A program made the position numbers and the translations under genes. A model generated the notes under the pieces. That model did no database searches and was not told the origin of the DNA. It saw only the letters and a program-made list of their open reading frames with translations. 64,000 nt of DNA from Octopus vulgaris (Eukaryota), in the NCBI GenBank assembly GCA_951406725.2, contig OX597827.1, positions 45,198,001 through 45,262,000 on the forward strand. Direction: 5' to 3'. Below, one piece after another: positions 41,966-54,582 of the stretch. Position 1 is the first letter of the stretch, and each line of letters starts with the position of its first letter.

Positions 41966-42355
41966 TAATAATAATAACGAGCCAGGTAAATAAAAACGAG
42001 AAAAAAGATGAATAAGCTAATAAAAAGAGAGTTAGAAAACAAAAAAAAAAATCTAGCTTTTTTCTTGAGATTGCAAGCGAAGAAAGAGAGAAAGGAAAGA
42101 AGGAAGGCTTAACACCTTTGACCAAGAAAAGTAAATAATTGTGTATTCTATAAGAGAGACGATGAACTAACTGAAAGTCAGCGAATATATTTTCTCACCG
42201 ACCACACGTTCAATATTTTGTTTCAGATAATCCGTCTGACAAATCCTCAATAGCTTCGAAGGCGCCATTGATTGGATAAACAAGTCCTACCAAGTAACCA
42301 ATCAATTCATTCTATTTCCTGTGTGCCTATTCGGTGAATAATAATAATAATGATG

Positions 42356-42431
<76 letters not shown>

Positions 42432-42447
42432 TAATAATAACAATAAC

Positions 42448-42552
<105 letters not shown>

Positions 42553-42970
42553 AGTAGTAGTAGTAGTAATGGTGGTGGTGGTGAAGGAATTACCGTGTGA
42601 TCTTCACTTTTTTATATTCATTTATCGTAGATTTGTGAGTGTGTGTGTATCTGTGTCTGTGTGTGTACGTGAGTGTGCTTGTGTGCATATGTGTATGTGT
42701 GTGTTTGTGTGTGTGTGTGTAGACGTTTTGCGAGCGTTCAGTAGCCGTAAATGCGCAATACATGTATAATGATGCATGCTTCTATGCTTGTATGTATGTA
42801 TGTATGTATGTATGTATGTATGTATGTATGTATGTATGTATGTATGCATGAATGTATTATGTATGTGTGTGTATGCATGTATTATGTATGTATGTTTCTC
42901 TGTATCTCTCTATCTGTATATATACATACATACATATATATGTATATATATATGTATATATATATATATG

Positions 42971-43048
<78 letters not shown>

Positions 43049-43388
43049 AGATAAGAAAATGGAGAAATACATCTAAATCAAATATCAATTAACAGATAAT
43101 ACTCAATCACATACTTTATTAAACCACCACATAAGAGACTGTAGGGTTAAACATAAAAAAGCAGAACAAATCAGTGTACATAAAGGAATGTACATAAAAA
43201 AGTGTACATAAAAGAGTAATGTTATATAATAAGTAGAATATATATAAAAAAGAGAATATAAATATAAGTAGATATAAATATAAGTATAGATTACATCTTA
43301 CAGCTGTTTCGGCCATGTATTAACTTTGTTGGGTACTTCACTAACAGTATATTGGATATATGTTATCCCATTTACAACCCCTATCTCA

Positions 43389-43444
<56 letters not shown>

Positions 43445-43449
43445 TTATA

Positions 43450-43547
<98 letters not shown>

Positions 43548-43871
43548 TATATATATGTATATATATATGTGTGTGTGTGTATATATATTTATATATATAC
43601 ATCTATGCATACATATATTTATATGCATAAACTATTATGTGTTTGAAAATATATACATGCTCATTTCATACACACATACGTATGTATGTCTGTGTTTGTG
43701 TCCAACATTTCGTCCGACAAATCATGTCTGTGTCACAGAAAACAAAGTGCTCTATGCGATGTCTATCTAAATATGTTTACATATATTTTGAACGTGATAC
43801 ACAAAAAGCGACACAATTACAAAACTTCCGTGACGCATACTAAATTAAAAAACATATGTATCAGATCTATG

Positions 43872-44175
43872 TGGAAGCGCAATGGCCCAGTGGTTAGGGC
43901 AGCGGACTCGCGGTCGGAGGACCGCGGTTTCGATTCCCAGACTGGGCGTTGTGAGTGTTTATTGAGCAAAAATGCCTAAAGCTCCACGTAGCTCCGACAG
44001 GGAGTGGTGGCGATCCCTGCTGTACTCTTTCGCTCCAACTTTCTCTCACCCTCTCTTCCTGTTTCTTGAGTAACGGTGCGATGGACTGGCGTTCCGTCTA
44101 GCTGGGGGGAACCTATACAGAAACAGTGAAACTGGGCCTATGAGCCTGGCTAGGCTTGAAAAGGGCGCATAAATA
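43872..44175 (+). mobile_element. tRNA-derived SINE family C
   Basis: A box TGGCCCAGTGG, B box GGTTTCGATTCCC, tail GGGCGCATAAATAA. Confidence 0.88.
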
Positions 44176-44424
44176 ATCAGATCAAATATCGGTCGGGAAT
44201 CACTCTACCCCGGAAGAAGGAAATTACAAAATTGGATAAGCTTTTAAATATAGATATTTTCAGTCGGAAAAAATGTCTCGTTGTTACTGGAAGAACTCAA
44301 TGCGATAAAATCGTGAAGTTATGAAAACATTCTGATATGTCACGCGATGCGAGAAATTACCAAAATCAAAATCATTGTGTATGTGTGTGAGTATTTATAT
44401 GTATGTGATCTTTTATATTTTTTC

Positions 44425-44777
44425 TTTTATTTCTTTCAGTAAGTTGACTGCAGCCATGCTGGAGCACCGCCTTTAGTCGAGCAATTGGATCCCAGGACTT
44501 ATTCTTTGTAAGCCTAGTACTTATTCTATCAATCGCTCTTGCCGAACTGCTACAATACGGGGACATAAACATACTAACATCGGTTGTCAAGCGATGGTGG
44601 GGTGACCAACAAACACACACATATGACGGGCTTCTTTCAGTTTCCGTCTACCAAATCTACTCACAAGACTTTGGTCGGCTCGAGGCTATAGTAGAAGACA
44701 CTTGCCCAATGTGGGACTTAACCCGGAGCCATGTGGTTGGTAAGCAAGCTACTTACCACAAAGCCATTCCTGCGCCT
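44425..44777 (-). mobile_element. SINE family A
   Basis: Colinear with the 2094 copy. Confidence 0.88.
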
Positions 44778-44825
44778 ATGTATGTATGTATGTATGGATG
44801 GATGGAGGAATAGAGGGAGGGATGT

Positions 44826-45070
44826 TTTTTCACTGAGTTTCATTTAAGTTCATAAGAGAGTTGAACACGGTCGTTAACAAAGCGACAAGATTTTTTGAGC
44901 TCCCGAATTTTGTAAATATGTGGTTGAGCCGGTGTGTTGGTCGAAGTGTTGATGCACTCCACAAGGGAGTGCGTCTATTCACCTTAAGAATCTCAGATGG
45001 AGAATCCTTGAAATGCTTCACAAATCTTCACTGTGCCACTAATAGATTTGGATATGGAGAATTTTTTTGT
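44826..45070 (-). mobile_element. Short 3' fragment of an RLE-type LINE
   Basis: KSISGTVKICEAFQGFSI* C-terminus matches the 3095 and 57782 fragments; it lies between (TATG)n tracts. Confidence 0.6.
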
Positions 45071-45309
45071 ATGTATGTAGGCATGTATGTATGGATCAAT
45101 GCATGCATGTATGTATGCCACTGCCAAAACCACACACATATCTGCGCGCACGCATATACCCACACATACCTCCTTCTCTTGCACTCTCCTGTCTTTGAAA
45201 GAACTTTTCTTCACCCATTCCCTTCCGGTCATTTCAATATGTGACCACGTGTGTATCGTTGGCAATTTTCTTTCTCCGTCTTTCCTTCCTTGGACCTTTC
45301 CTTTTTCTA

Positions 45310-45346
45310 TGTTTCTGACGAAGAGCTCCGCTCGAAACGTTAAATG
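45310..45346 (+). ncRNA. Minimal hammerhead ribozyme motif
   Basis: TGTTT-CTGACGA-A-GAGC-tcc-GCTC-GAAA-CG-TT-AAATG; the AACGTT palindrome would allow a dimeric stem III. Confidence 0.7.
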
Positions 45347-45484
45347 CTCCTTCTTTCTTTCCTTTCCTGAGCGTCCAATAACACTATACTTGTTCCACTT
45401 GTGTTTTCTCTTTGTTCATGTTTGAATTAACCATGTATGTATGTATGTATGTATGTAGCTATGTGTGTGAGTGTGTGTGTGTGC

Positions 45485-45532
<48 letters not shown>

Positions 45533-46697
45533 TTCGCTTTTGTCTGACTTCTTTTAGTTAAATAGAGTTTCTACTGTTTGAGTTACAAATTCTCAGACAT
45601 TTTGGCCGCCGTTTCGCTTTATTCCTTTTGTCTCATTTTGACTGCAAAATCACGATTTGATTCTCTCACTCAACAGGCCGCTCTAAATACACACTACACG
45701 TTGACTTCGGAGCCTGCAACTAAGCCAGCCAGGAGCCTCTGAGTTATCAGAATAAGAAGCAAATCTTCATCAAAATCACTTTACCGATAGAATAAGTAAC
45801 AGTTGCTAAAAAATTCTAGGTATTACTCTATTATCAACTCTCATACGGTTAGGATTGGTTTTTTCAGCACTAAAAATTCTTACAAATTATCTCTTCACAT
45901 AATAACAACCTGTTTATTATTAATACATTTACTAATACTAACATTAATTTAGCTAATACCATCCATCCCTCTAGAAATATTAATAACAAGGTTATTGTAT
46001 CTGAAGTCAATTCCAACAGAATCAAGTAACCCTAAAATTAAAAATTCTATATACCAGTGTAAAATTACTACTCATAATCAAGTATATTTTTCTATTAGAA
46101 GCACGTCTTTACAGTTATCTAGAAGGATTTCTAATCACTACTCGACATTTAGGGATAGGGATAAACGTAACAGTACAGGGCTCAGTAAATTAATTTGGGA
46201 CTAAAAGACCACAATAAACAGTTTAATTGAGATTCGTTGATTCTCTCAATCTCGATACCTTATGACAAAGGCAAGGAATTCTGTCTTCTCTGTAATTCTA
46301 AACTATTTTTCATTATTTTTTCTAAAAATCCCCAAGTAAACATACTGATGTAAACATTGGCAAAAACACACCATAGTTCGTATAAGTGATCTCTATCATT
46401 ATATATAATTTAAGCATCAATTTTCTTTTTATATTTCACATTCACTAAATATATATTTTTCGAGTACATAAGGTTTTATTTAATATACATTTAGTCGTAT
46501 CCTTCTCACCTATTTAGTTTTTCTTTAATTTATCCCTCCTCTTTCTATAGACTACCTATGACGTTATATTATATAACGTTTTTTCAAACAATATTAATAG
46601 CGTTCACTTAATCACTATACATATCCATCATTTTCTGTTAAAATGTCTTATTGACGAGTTTCATTTCTTCACTTCCCTGAAGAGAAGATTACATTGT

Positions 46698-47280
46698 TTT
46701 ACACGAGAAGGAAGAGTCATTTTCATCGTACATGTGGCTATGGCGAAAGAATGTGTATGGTGGACACGTCTGAAAGGTCTAGTGACAAACACTTTCCTTT
46801 CTGGTCAATCCCTCATCAACTTCTTCAAGTGTCACTTGAAGAGGAAGGTGAGAGTAGAGAGGGCAGTTTTGTCTAGTGAATATTTCAAAATAAGATGGGT
46901 GAATTTAGCAAGGATGGCAAGTGTGAATGACGGAGCCAGCTTGAGCATAAGCCTATGAATCAGAAAAAAAGAAAGGAAAAAAGATTCACTTACTGTAATG
47001 TGTTTTTTTGAATGACATCATTATTACCGTGGTTACCGTGGTCTTTCCCGTAGGCTTTTCTTTCCACGGATAAACCTAATCTGTTTTCCCTTTTTACATT
47101 GACATTTCTGTGATACACGATCCCTATTGATCGGCCTTTCTTTTTCTTTTTCTTTTTCGACGATCCCTTTTGATCGAAATTCGACCCACTTTTTTTCTCT
47201 TCTTCCCCAAAAGAAATGCTCTACTTTGTATTTTGTCTCCTCTGTGTTCAGCCCTGTGCGGCCAATAAAGAAACATATCT
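46698..47280 (+). mobile_element. Shorter copy of the same Tx1-like LINE 3' end
   Basis: MAKECVWWTRLKGLVTNTFLSGQSLINFFKCHLKRK and a 3' UTR colinear with 56415-57035; ends AATAAAGAAACATATCT. Confidence 0.9.
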
Positions 47281-47367
47281 GAAGGCGCTTGGCATAATAG
47301 TGAGGGTGCTGTACTCACGAACGCAAAAGCGTGGGTTCGAATCAGGAGCCGGGGGAGTGCGTTGATG

Positions 47368-47612
47368 GAAGGAGTGAGCCTTAGTTCTAGGTTAGAAGCC
47401 GGCCTTTTCTTTATTGGCAAGAAATCTTGAAATAAAACCGAATAACATACATACATACATACATACATACATACATACATAATTTTTGTTTGTATGTATG
47501 TAGGTATGTGCACAGATTTGTGTTTTGTTTTATGTATCTCTTGGATCCGTAGTCTTCGAATCAACTTTCACTTTTTTGATTTTGAGAAGCCTAATTTCTC
47601 AAGATTGGTATG
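47368..47612. mobile_element. Rearranged pieces of the CATA-tailed RLE LINE (3' UTR on +, ORF piece on -)
   Basis: 47380-47445 is the reverse complement of the 3' UTR at 57786-57860 and ends in (CATA)n. 47535-47610 matches 58095-58163. Confidence 0.7.
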
Positions 47613-47888
47613 CATACATGTATGTATGTATGTATGTATGTATGTATGTATGTATGTATGTATGTATGTATGTATGTATGTATGCATGCATGCATGCATT
47701 TATGTATGTTGCTCCTAACTACCGTTATAGTCCCTTCTACATTCTGTACACGTCTGCAAGTTTATTCCATCGATGTTTATTGCATTGTACAGGACTTCAG
47801 CGATTCGTTAATGATTGAGCTCTTAACTAGTAAGGATTTATTTTTTGTGATGTTTATATATCATGTCAATATATAAATAGATATTTGC

Positions 47889-47920
<32 letters not shown>

Positions 47921-47926
47921 TCATAT

Positions 47927-47987
<61 letters not shown>

Positions 47988-48145
47988 TACATATATATAT
48001 CCATCCATATATATATATATATTTATATACATATATATATATGTATGTGTGTGTGTATATATGTATGTATGTATGTGTGTGTGTGTATGTATATATGTGT
48101 GTGTGTGTTTATATATATATAAATATTGGTTTCTCTGTCTCTCTG

Positions 48146-48186
<41 letters not shown>

Positions 48187-48368
48187 CTATATATATACAT
48201 ACACATATATGCACACATACATATATGTGCGTGTGTGTGTGTGTGTGTATGGGCATTTTTTATCTCCAGTTTGTATGCAGTGTTAGAACATAGAATACTA
48301 CATCATTTACGAACACACACACACTCACACACACATACACGTACAAACACACATACATACCCGTACAG

Positions 48369-48400
<32 letters not shown>

Positions 48401-49025
48401 ACACACACACATACACACGGACACACATGGACACGGACACGGACACAGGACACGGACACACATTAATATTGATATTAATATACATATGTATATATGTATA
48501 TATATTTCTTGGTTTGTTATAACGTTTTTGTCCTCTTTTTGTCTTGTATTGTTTTTTGATTACTGTGCAGATAATTATAGCTATGGTAATAATGATGATG
48601 ATGACGATGATGATGATTACTGTGGTGGTAATGACGTGATTGCAGCCATCACAATAATGATTATTGTTATAAGTATGATGGCTTTATTATGACCGTGATG
48701 ATGAGTAAAGCTATGAGGAAATATTATAACAACGATGATGATAATTATAGCCATGATGGGGACGAATATTTCCATAGCTATGAGTTTCATCATTATGGCT
48801 ATGATGATGATGATAATGATGATGATGATAATGATGATGATGATAATGATGATGATGAAGGTGACTACCATATCTATGGGAATTCTTCTTCTTCTTCTTC
48901 TTCTTCTTCTTCTTCTTCTTCTTCTTCTTCTTCTTCTTCGTATGGTTATGATAATATTCATTATTGCGATGATGAAGATTAATATAGCTATGGTGATCAT
49001 GATGCTACAACAATTATGATGATGG

Positions 49026-49056
<31 letters not shown>

Positions 49057-49494
49057 GACGATAGCTGTGTTTTCATTTTCTTTTTGCATCTACGAAATGT
49101 TAGAGATAGGAGACGAAGGCAAAAAACAAACAAACAAACAAAAGAAAAAAAAAACGAAACAAAACGGAAGAAAAGAAAAAAGAATAAATGAAGAAAATCA
49201 TTTTCGTTTTTTTTTTTTTTATCTTTCTTTCATTTTTCTTTCGGTAAATGATGCCACGAGTGGAGTTTCTAATTAAGATACTCTTCAAATAGTTTCTGAC
49301 AATGATAATTATATACAAGGCGAGAGTTATACTGAATAATATAACCCATTTATTTACCCCAAAGGAGTTCTTGTTTCCCCACACCGTGAACGAAAGTGCT
49401 TGTCGCTCTTCGATTTGATTGCACTCGCTACATATCCTGTATTGTACTGAAACTGATCGTAATATTTCTCTCTTTCTCTACAGCCTATACTTGT

Positions 49495-50488
49495 CTGCTC
49501 TAGGCACAAGGCACGAAATTTTTGGGGAGGGAGGGGAGGGTCAGTCGATTAGATGGAGCCAGTACGCAACTGGTACTTAATTTATCTACACCGAAAGAAT
49601 GAAAGGCAAAGTCGACCTCATCGGAATTTGAACTCAAAACGTAAAGAGAGACGAAATACCACTAAGCATTTTGTCCGGCGTGCAAATGTTTCTTATTTCT
49701 TTATTGCCCATAGGGGGCTAAACATAGAGGGAACAAAAAGGACAGACAAAGAGGTTAAGTCGATTACATCGACCCCAGTGCGTAACTGGTACTTAATTTA
49801 TCGACCACGAAACGATGATAGGCAAAGTCGACCTCGGCGGAATTTGAACTCAGAACGTAACGGCAGACGAAATACCGCTAAGCATTTCGCCCAACGTGCT
49901 AACGTTTCTGCCAGCTCGCTGCCTTTGCCTCGTCAGCGATTCTTTTCTACTCTAAGCACAAGGCCTGAAAGTTTTTGGGGGAGGGGGCAATCGATTAGAT
50001 CGACCCCAATACGCAACTGGTACTTAATTTATCGACCCCCCAAAAGATGAAAGGCAAAGTCGACCTCGGTGGAATTTGAACTTAGAACGCAAAGACATGA
50101 AATACCTATTTCTTTATACAGAGAAGACAAACAAGGACAGACAAACGGATTAAGTCGATTATATCGACCCCAGTGCGTAACTGGTACTTATTTAATCGAC
50201 CCCGTAAGGATGAAAGGCAAAGTTGACCACGGCGGAATTTGAACTCAGAACGTAACGGCAGACGAAATACCTTTTTCTTTACTACACACAAGGGGCTAAA
50301 CACAGAGAGGACAAACGGATTAAGTCGATTATATCGACCCCTGTGCGTAACTGGTACTTATTTAATCGACCACGAAGGGATGAAAGGCAAAGTCGACCTC
50401 GGCGGAATTCGAACTCAGAACGTAGCGGCAGACGAAATACTGCTAAGTATTTCACCCAGCATGCTAACGTTTCTGCCAGCTCGTCGCT
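49495..50488 (-). mobile_element. Tandem array of five SINE family B units
   Basis: Core GAAAGGCAAAGTCGACC recurs at about 49600, 49820, 50050, 50210 and 50380. Confidence 0.9.
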
Positions 50489-50752
50489 TTACTACTACAT
50501 ATACTTGCCGTTATACTGTACTGACAACGTTACTACATACGCTATTAACTAGTAAATAGTTTATTATATTGCAGCTACCTTGTACTGAGAACTGTATTGT
50601 TAATATACAATACTGAATATTGTATTGCTATGATACTGTATTGTCTGTGGTTAACGTATCATTCGGTCCGTAGCTCCTGCTAGTGTTACAGCGATGGCGT
50701 CGTATTACATGGCGTGGTTTGAGTATTTAAGCTTGAGCACAGCCGAATTTTT

Positions 50753-50956
50753 CTTACTTTGGGGCACGCATACATACGGGTGCATTTGGATCACTGTTAC
50801 TTTGGGGCACATATACATACGGGTGCATTTGTAGTTCTCTTACTTTGAAGCATGTATACATACCGGCACATTTGGAGGACTCTTACTTTGGAGTAATGCA
50901 CCCTTATGCATACATACGGGTGCATTTGGAGTGTCCTTACTTTGGAGCACGCATGC
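50753..50956. repeat. ~43-bp minisatellite, 4-5 diverged units
   Basis: Recurring TTACTTTGGGGCAC..ATACATACGGGTGCATTTG. Confidence 0.85.
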
Positions 50957-51668
50957 ATAGCAGCGCACATACATGCTAGCATACATACGTAAAAGTACAT
51001 ATTGACAGTAGTATACATGCAAGCTAGTATACATACGTTTGTCTGTCCTTGTTTGTCCTCTCTGTGTTTAGCCCCTTGTGGGTAGTAAAGAAATAGGTAT
51101 TTCGCCTCTCTTTACGTTCTGAGTTCAAATTCCGACGAGATCGACTTTGCTTTTCATTCTTTCAGGGTCGCTAAAGTAAGTACCAGTTGCGTACTAGCAC
51201 ACACAGGCCTTAGAACACATACATAGGAGCTCACATACATAGAAGCACGCATTAAAACGAGCATACACTCATAGTAGTACACAAATATATAGTGCCACAT
51301 GCTGACATTCGCACACATACACAGGAACACACATACATACTAGCAAGCATAAACGCTAGCTCACATACAAGTACACATACGCACTTGCATACATACATAC
51401 GTGCCAGCACACATACATATAAGTACGCATGCATATTATCACACACACACACACGCATTCGCGTGCACACTCACACACACTAATACAGATACATACAAGC
51501 ATACATACAAGTAGACATGCACACTAGCATAGTTTCATTAGTGCGAGCCAATGAGGGAGTTTGTACGTGGTCTCTCGATCCAGTTTACAAGGTGGGGGAG
51601 GGGAGGAGAAGAAATAGAAGAAGAAAGAGGAAGAGGTGAAGAAGAAGATTAAGAAGAAGAAGAAGGAA

Positions 51669-51712
<44 letters not shown>

Positions 51713-52132
51713 GAAGAAGAAGAAGAAGAAGAAATAGAAGAAGATTAAGAAGAAGGAAAAAGAGAAAGAAGTACAAGTAGAAGAAGATTAAGAAATAAAA
51801 GAAGAGAAAGAAGTAGAAGAAAAAGAAAAAAGGAGAAAAGAAAAGAAAAGGAGCAACAACAGCAACAAGAACAACATCAACACAACGAGAATAGATTTTA
51901 CCCGTCTACCCATTTAACGTCCCCCCATCTGGCCTATGGGTTCCTTCAGCAGAGAGCACACCTATACGAACCTTCAGACCTGGTCCCCGATATGAACAGA
52001 ACTCTCCTTTTCCAGCCTCAGTTTCGGAGACCCTCAAAAGAAATTAAGGTACACGGACCTTGCCCTTCCTTTTTAGACTTATCTATTAAGTAAAAAAGCC
52101 ATCTTGCTCTGTTTTGTTTATTGGGTATTAAG

Positions 52133-52445
52133 AGAAGGCCCTTGGCTTAGTGGTTAGAGCATTCAGCTTACGGTCGTAAGGTCTTGAGTTCGATTCCTGG
52201 ACGTGCGTTGTGAGACACTTTATTTCACGTTGCCCTCGTTCACACAGCTGGCAAAATAAGTTGTACCTGTAACACAAAGGTTCAGCTATGTCACATTCTG
52301 TGTCACGCTGGAAATACCCGAGAACTATGTTAAGGATACACCTGTCTGCGGAGTGCTCAGCCACTTGCATGTTGTTTTCATGAGCAGGCTTGTTAGATGT
52401 TCTTTGGCACAATCAATTCTGTTGAAAGTATTAGCAGCAAATACG
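52133..52445 (+). mobile_element. tRNA-headed SINE with CORE-like body and a third tail type
   Basis: TGGCTTAGTGG...GAGTTCGATTCC...GACACTTTATTTCACGTTG. Confidence 0.78.
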
Positions 52446-52583
52446 TGATTTTTAGGGTAAATTTCTTCCAGTCTTCTAATTGTCTCGAAGACCCAGGGAA
52501 ACGAAATGTTTGTTGTCGTTCTTCTCCCAACTAATACATAAAAAACAACAGCAAAAGACAAAGAAATAAAATAAAAAATATAT

Positions 52584-53150
52584 AGGCGCAGCCATGGCTG
52601 TGTGATAAGAAGCTTGTTTCGCAACCACATGGTTCTGGGTTCAGTAACACTGCGTGGCACCTTTGGCAGGTGTCTTCTTCTATGGCCTCGGGCCGACCAT
52701 GGCTTTGTGAGTGGATTTGGTAGACGGAACTATGTATATATGTATGTATTTATGTATGTATGTATGTATGTATGTATGTATGTATGTATGTATGTATGTA
52801 TTTATGTATGTATGTATGTATGTATGTATGTATGTATGTATTCATGCATGCATGCTTGCATGCATGTATGTATGTATGTATGTATGTATGTATGTATGTA
52901 TGTATGTATGTATGTATGTATGTATGTATGTATTTGTGTGTGTGTGTGTCTGTGTTTGTCTCCCCACAATCGCTTGACAACCGATGCTGGTGTGTTTATG
53001 TACCCGTAACCTGTTGGTTCGGCAAAAGAGACCGATAGAATAATAAGTGCTAGGTTTACAAAGACTAAGTCCCGGAGTCGATTTGTTCGACTAAAGGCGG
53101 TGCTCCAGCATGGCCGCAGTCAAATGACTGAAACAAGTAAAAGAATAAAA
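52584..53150 (+). mobile_element. SINE family A with expanded internal (TATG)n, ending ~55 bp from the GPCR splice donor
   Basis: Colinear with the 2094 copy. Confidence 0.88.
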
Positions 53151-53208
53151 GAATAAGAAAAAAAGAAAGAAATAAAGGTGACAAGAAACACCAAAAAAAG
53201 CCTCTTAC

Positions 53209-53574
53209 CTCGTTCCACTTGTGCCTCCAGCCGTATTCCTTCCCAGAGATTTTTCACTATCTTGCCGTAAGCCACTGACATTATGACAATAGGAAAAAGC
53301 AGGAGTATGTTGTCCAGACTGATAGTGTAGATTTTCTCTGCTAGTTTACTGGTCCAGAACTCACGGCACACGTTCAACGAGGGGAACGATCTCAGTCTGG
53401 TATAGGTGCCGATCGGGATGGTGACAATTCCAGCCAGAACCCAACAGATGGCTATGGTGAGATAGGCGTGAGATAACGTCTGCCACGACCGTGAATGGAG
53501 TGGTTTGCAAATGGCGAAGTATCTTTCCAGCGATATGGCGACTAGAGTGAAACAGCTCACTGATACGGATACAC
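53209..53574 (-). CDS. CCKR: Internal exon (TM3-TM5) of a cholecystokinin/gastrin/sulfakinin-type class A GPCR
   Basis: Translates (G)VSVSVSCFTLVAISLERYFAICKPLHSRSWQTLSHAY...CREFW...LLLFPIVIMSVAYGKIVKNLWEGIR. The SVSVSxFTLVAISLERYxAICxPLxSRxWQTxSHA block is characteristic of CCK receptors. Acceptor ttatttccAG (AG at 53576-53575) and donor G|GTAAG (GT at 53208-53207); 366 bp, phase 1-1. No other exon of the gene was recognised in the window. Confidence 0.93.
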
Positions 53575-53616
53575 CTGGAAATAATAACAAATTATCCATC
53601 ATCATCATCATCATCA

Positions 53617-53653
<37 letters not shown>

Positions 53654-54063
53654 GTGATGAAAACCACCACCACCACCACTACTAACAACAACAACAACAA
53701 CACCACGACGACCATCATCATCATTATTATCGTCACCACCACCACCATAATCATCATCATCGTCATCATCACCTTGTGTGTGTGTGCGTGTGTGTGAGTC
53801 TATCTGTCTGTCTGTCTGTGTATCCGTGTCTCTCCCCACCACCGCTTGTCAACCGGGGTTAGTGTGTTCTCGTCTCGGTAGCATAACGGATTGGCAAAAA
53901 ACACCGATAGAATAAGTACCAGGCTTAAAAAGAAATATACTAGTGGGATCGATTCGTTTGACTAAAATTTTTCAGGGCGATGCCCCAGCATGGCCGCAAT
54001 CTAATAACTGATACAAGAACAAATAAAAGATATATAAACAATTTAACATTAAACTGAAGGCTC

Positions 54064-54114
<51 letters not shown>

Positions 54115-54153
54115 GTTTATAATCAAAATAAGCAACAAGGATATCCAGAGGTA

Positions 54154-54241
54154 ATGCAGTACGATCGTTTCACGCAACTCCATTTAATTGAACAATGCAA
54201 CCATTACATCAATTTAAATGCAGTGCAATCCTCAGCTGCAT
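54154..54241 (-). ncRNA. Type I hammerhead ribozyme motif (mirror copy)
   Basis: ATGCAG-CTGAGGA-...-GAAAC-GATC-GTA-CTGCAT with a perfect 6-bp stem I. Confidence 0.78.
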
Positions 54242-54350
54242 GAAGACATAGAATTTAATTAAATTAAAACAGATGAAAACATTAGTATAATTTTACCTAA
54301 TGTGTCCATCTGTTTTAATTTAATTGAATTTAATTAAATTCTATGTCTTT

Positions 54351-54438
54351 GTGCAGCTGAGGATTGCTCTGCATTTAAATTGATGTAATGGTTGCATTGT
54401 TCAATTAAATGGAGTTGCGTGAAACGATCGTACTGCAT
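54351..54438 (+). ncRNA. Type I hammerhead ribozyme motif (minimal stem III, extended stem II)
   Basis: GTGCAG-CTGAGGA-[long stem II]-GAAA-C-GATC-G-TA-CTGCAT; predicted cleavage after GUA (54432). Confidence 0.78.
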
Positions 54439-54582
54439 TGCCTCTGGATATCCTTGTTGCTTATTTTGAAATTGTATGGATAATACCGTACTAAATTCTT
54501 GTGCCTCAACTTAAGTACCATATTCATCTGAATTTAAATTTTTGCTGAACTCATACAAATGTTTATATATATATATATATAT

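Larger units (their letters stand above)
54123..54469. repeat. ~347-bp near-perfect palindrome (Penelope-like inverted pseudo-LTR pair)
   Basis: Arms 54123-54285 and 54297-54469 with a ~11-nt spacer; the unit is bounded by (TA)n on both sides. Confidence 0.92.

Noticed and set aside
43872-43945. Possible tRNA genes at SINE heads (also 13666, 30530, 40670, 47281, 52133)
   Set aside because: They lack a closed acceptor stem and mostly continue into SINE bodies, so they are tRNA-derived heads only.
50753-50956. Possible repeat-spacer array
   Set aside because: Variable parts are only a few bp; it is an ordinary diverged minisatellite.
51900-52110. Possible very old Tx1 C-terminal fragment on the minus strand
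   Set aside because: Similarity is too weak and stop-ridden to call by eye.
53120-53842. 240-aa ORF as a complete GPCR gene
   Set aside because: Both ends are intronic microsatellite or SINE read-through; only 53209-53574 is exon.
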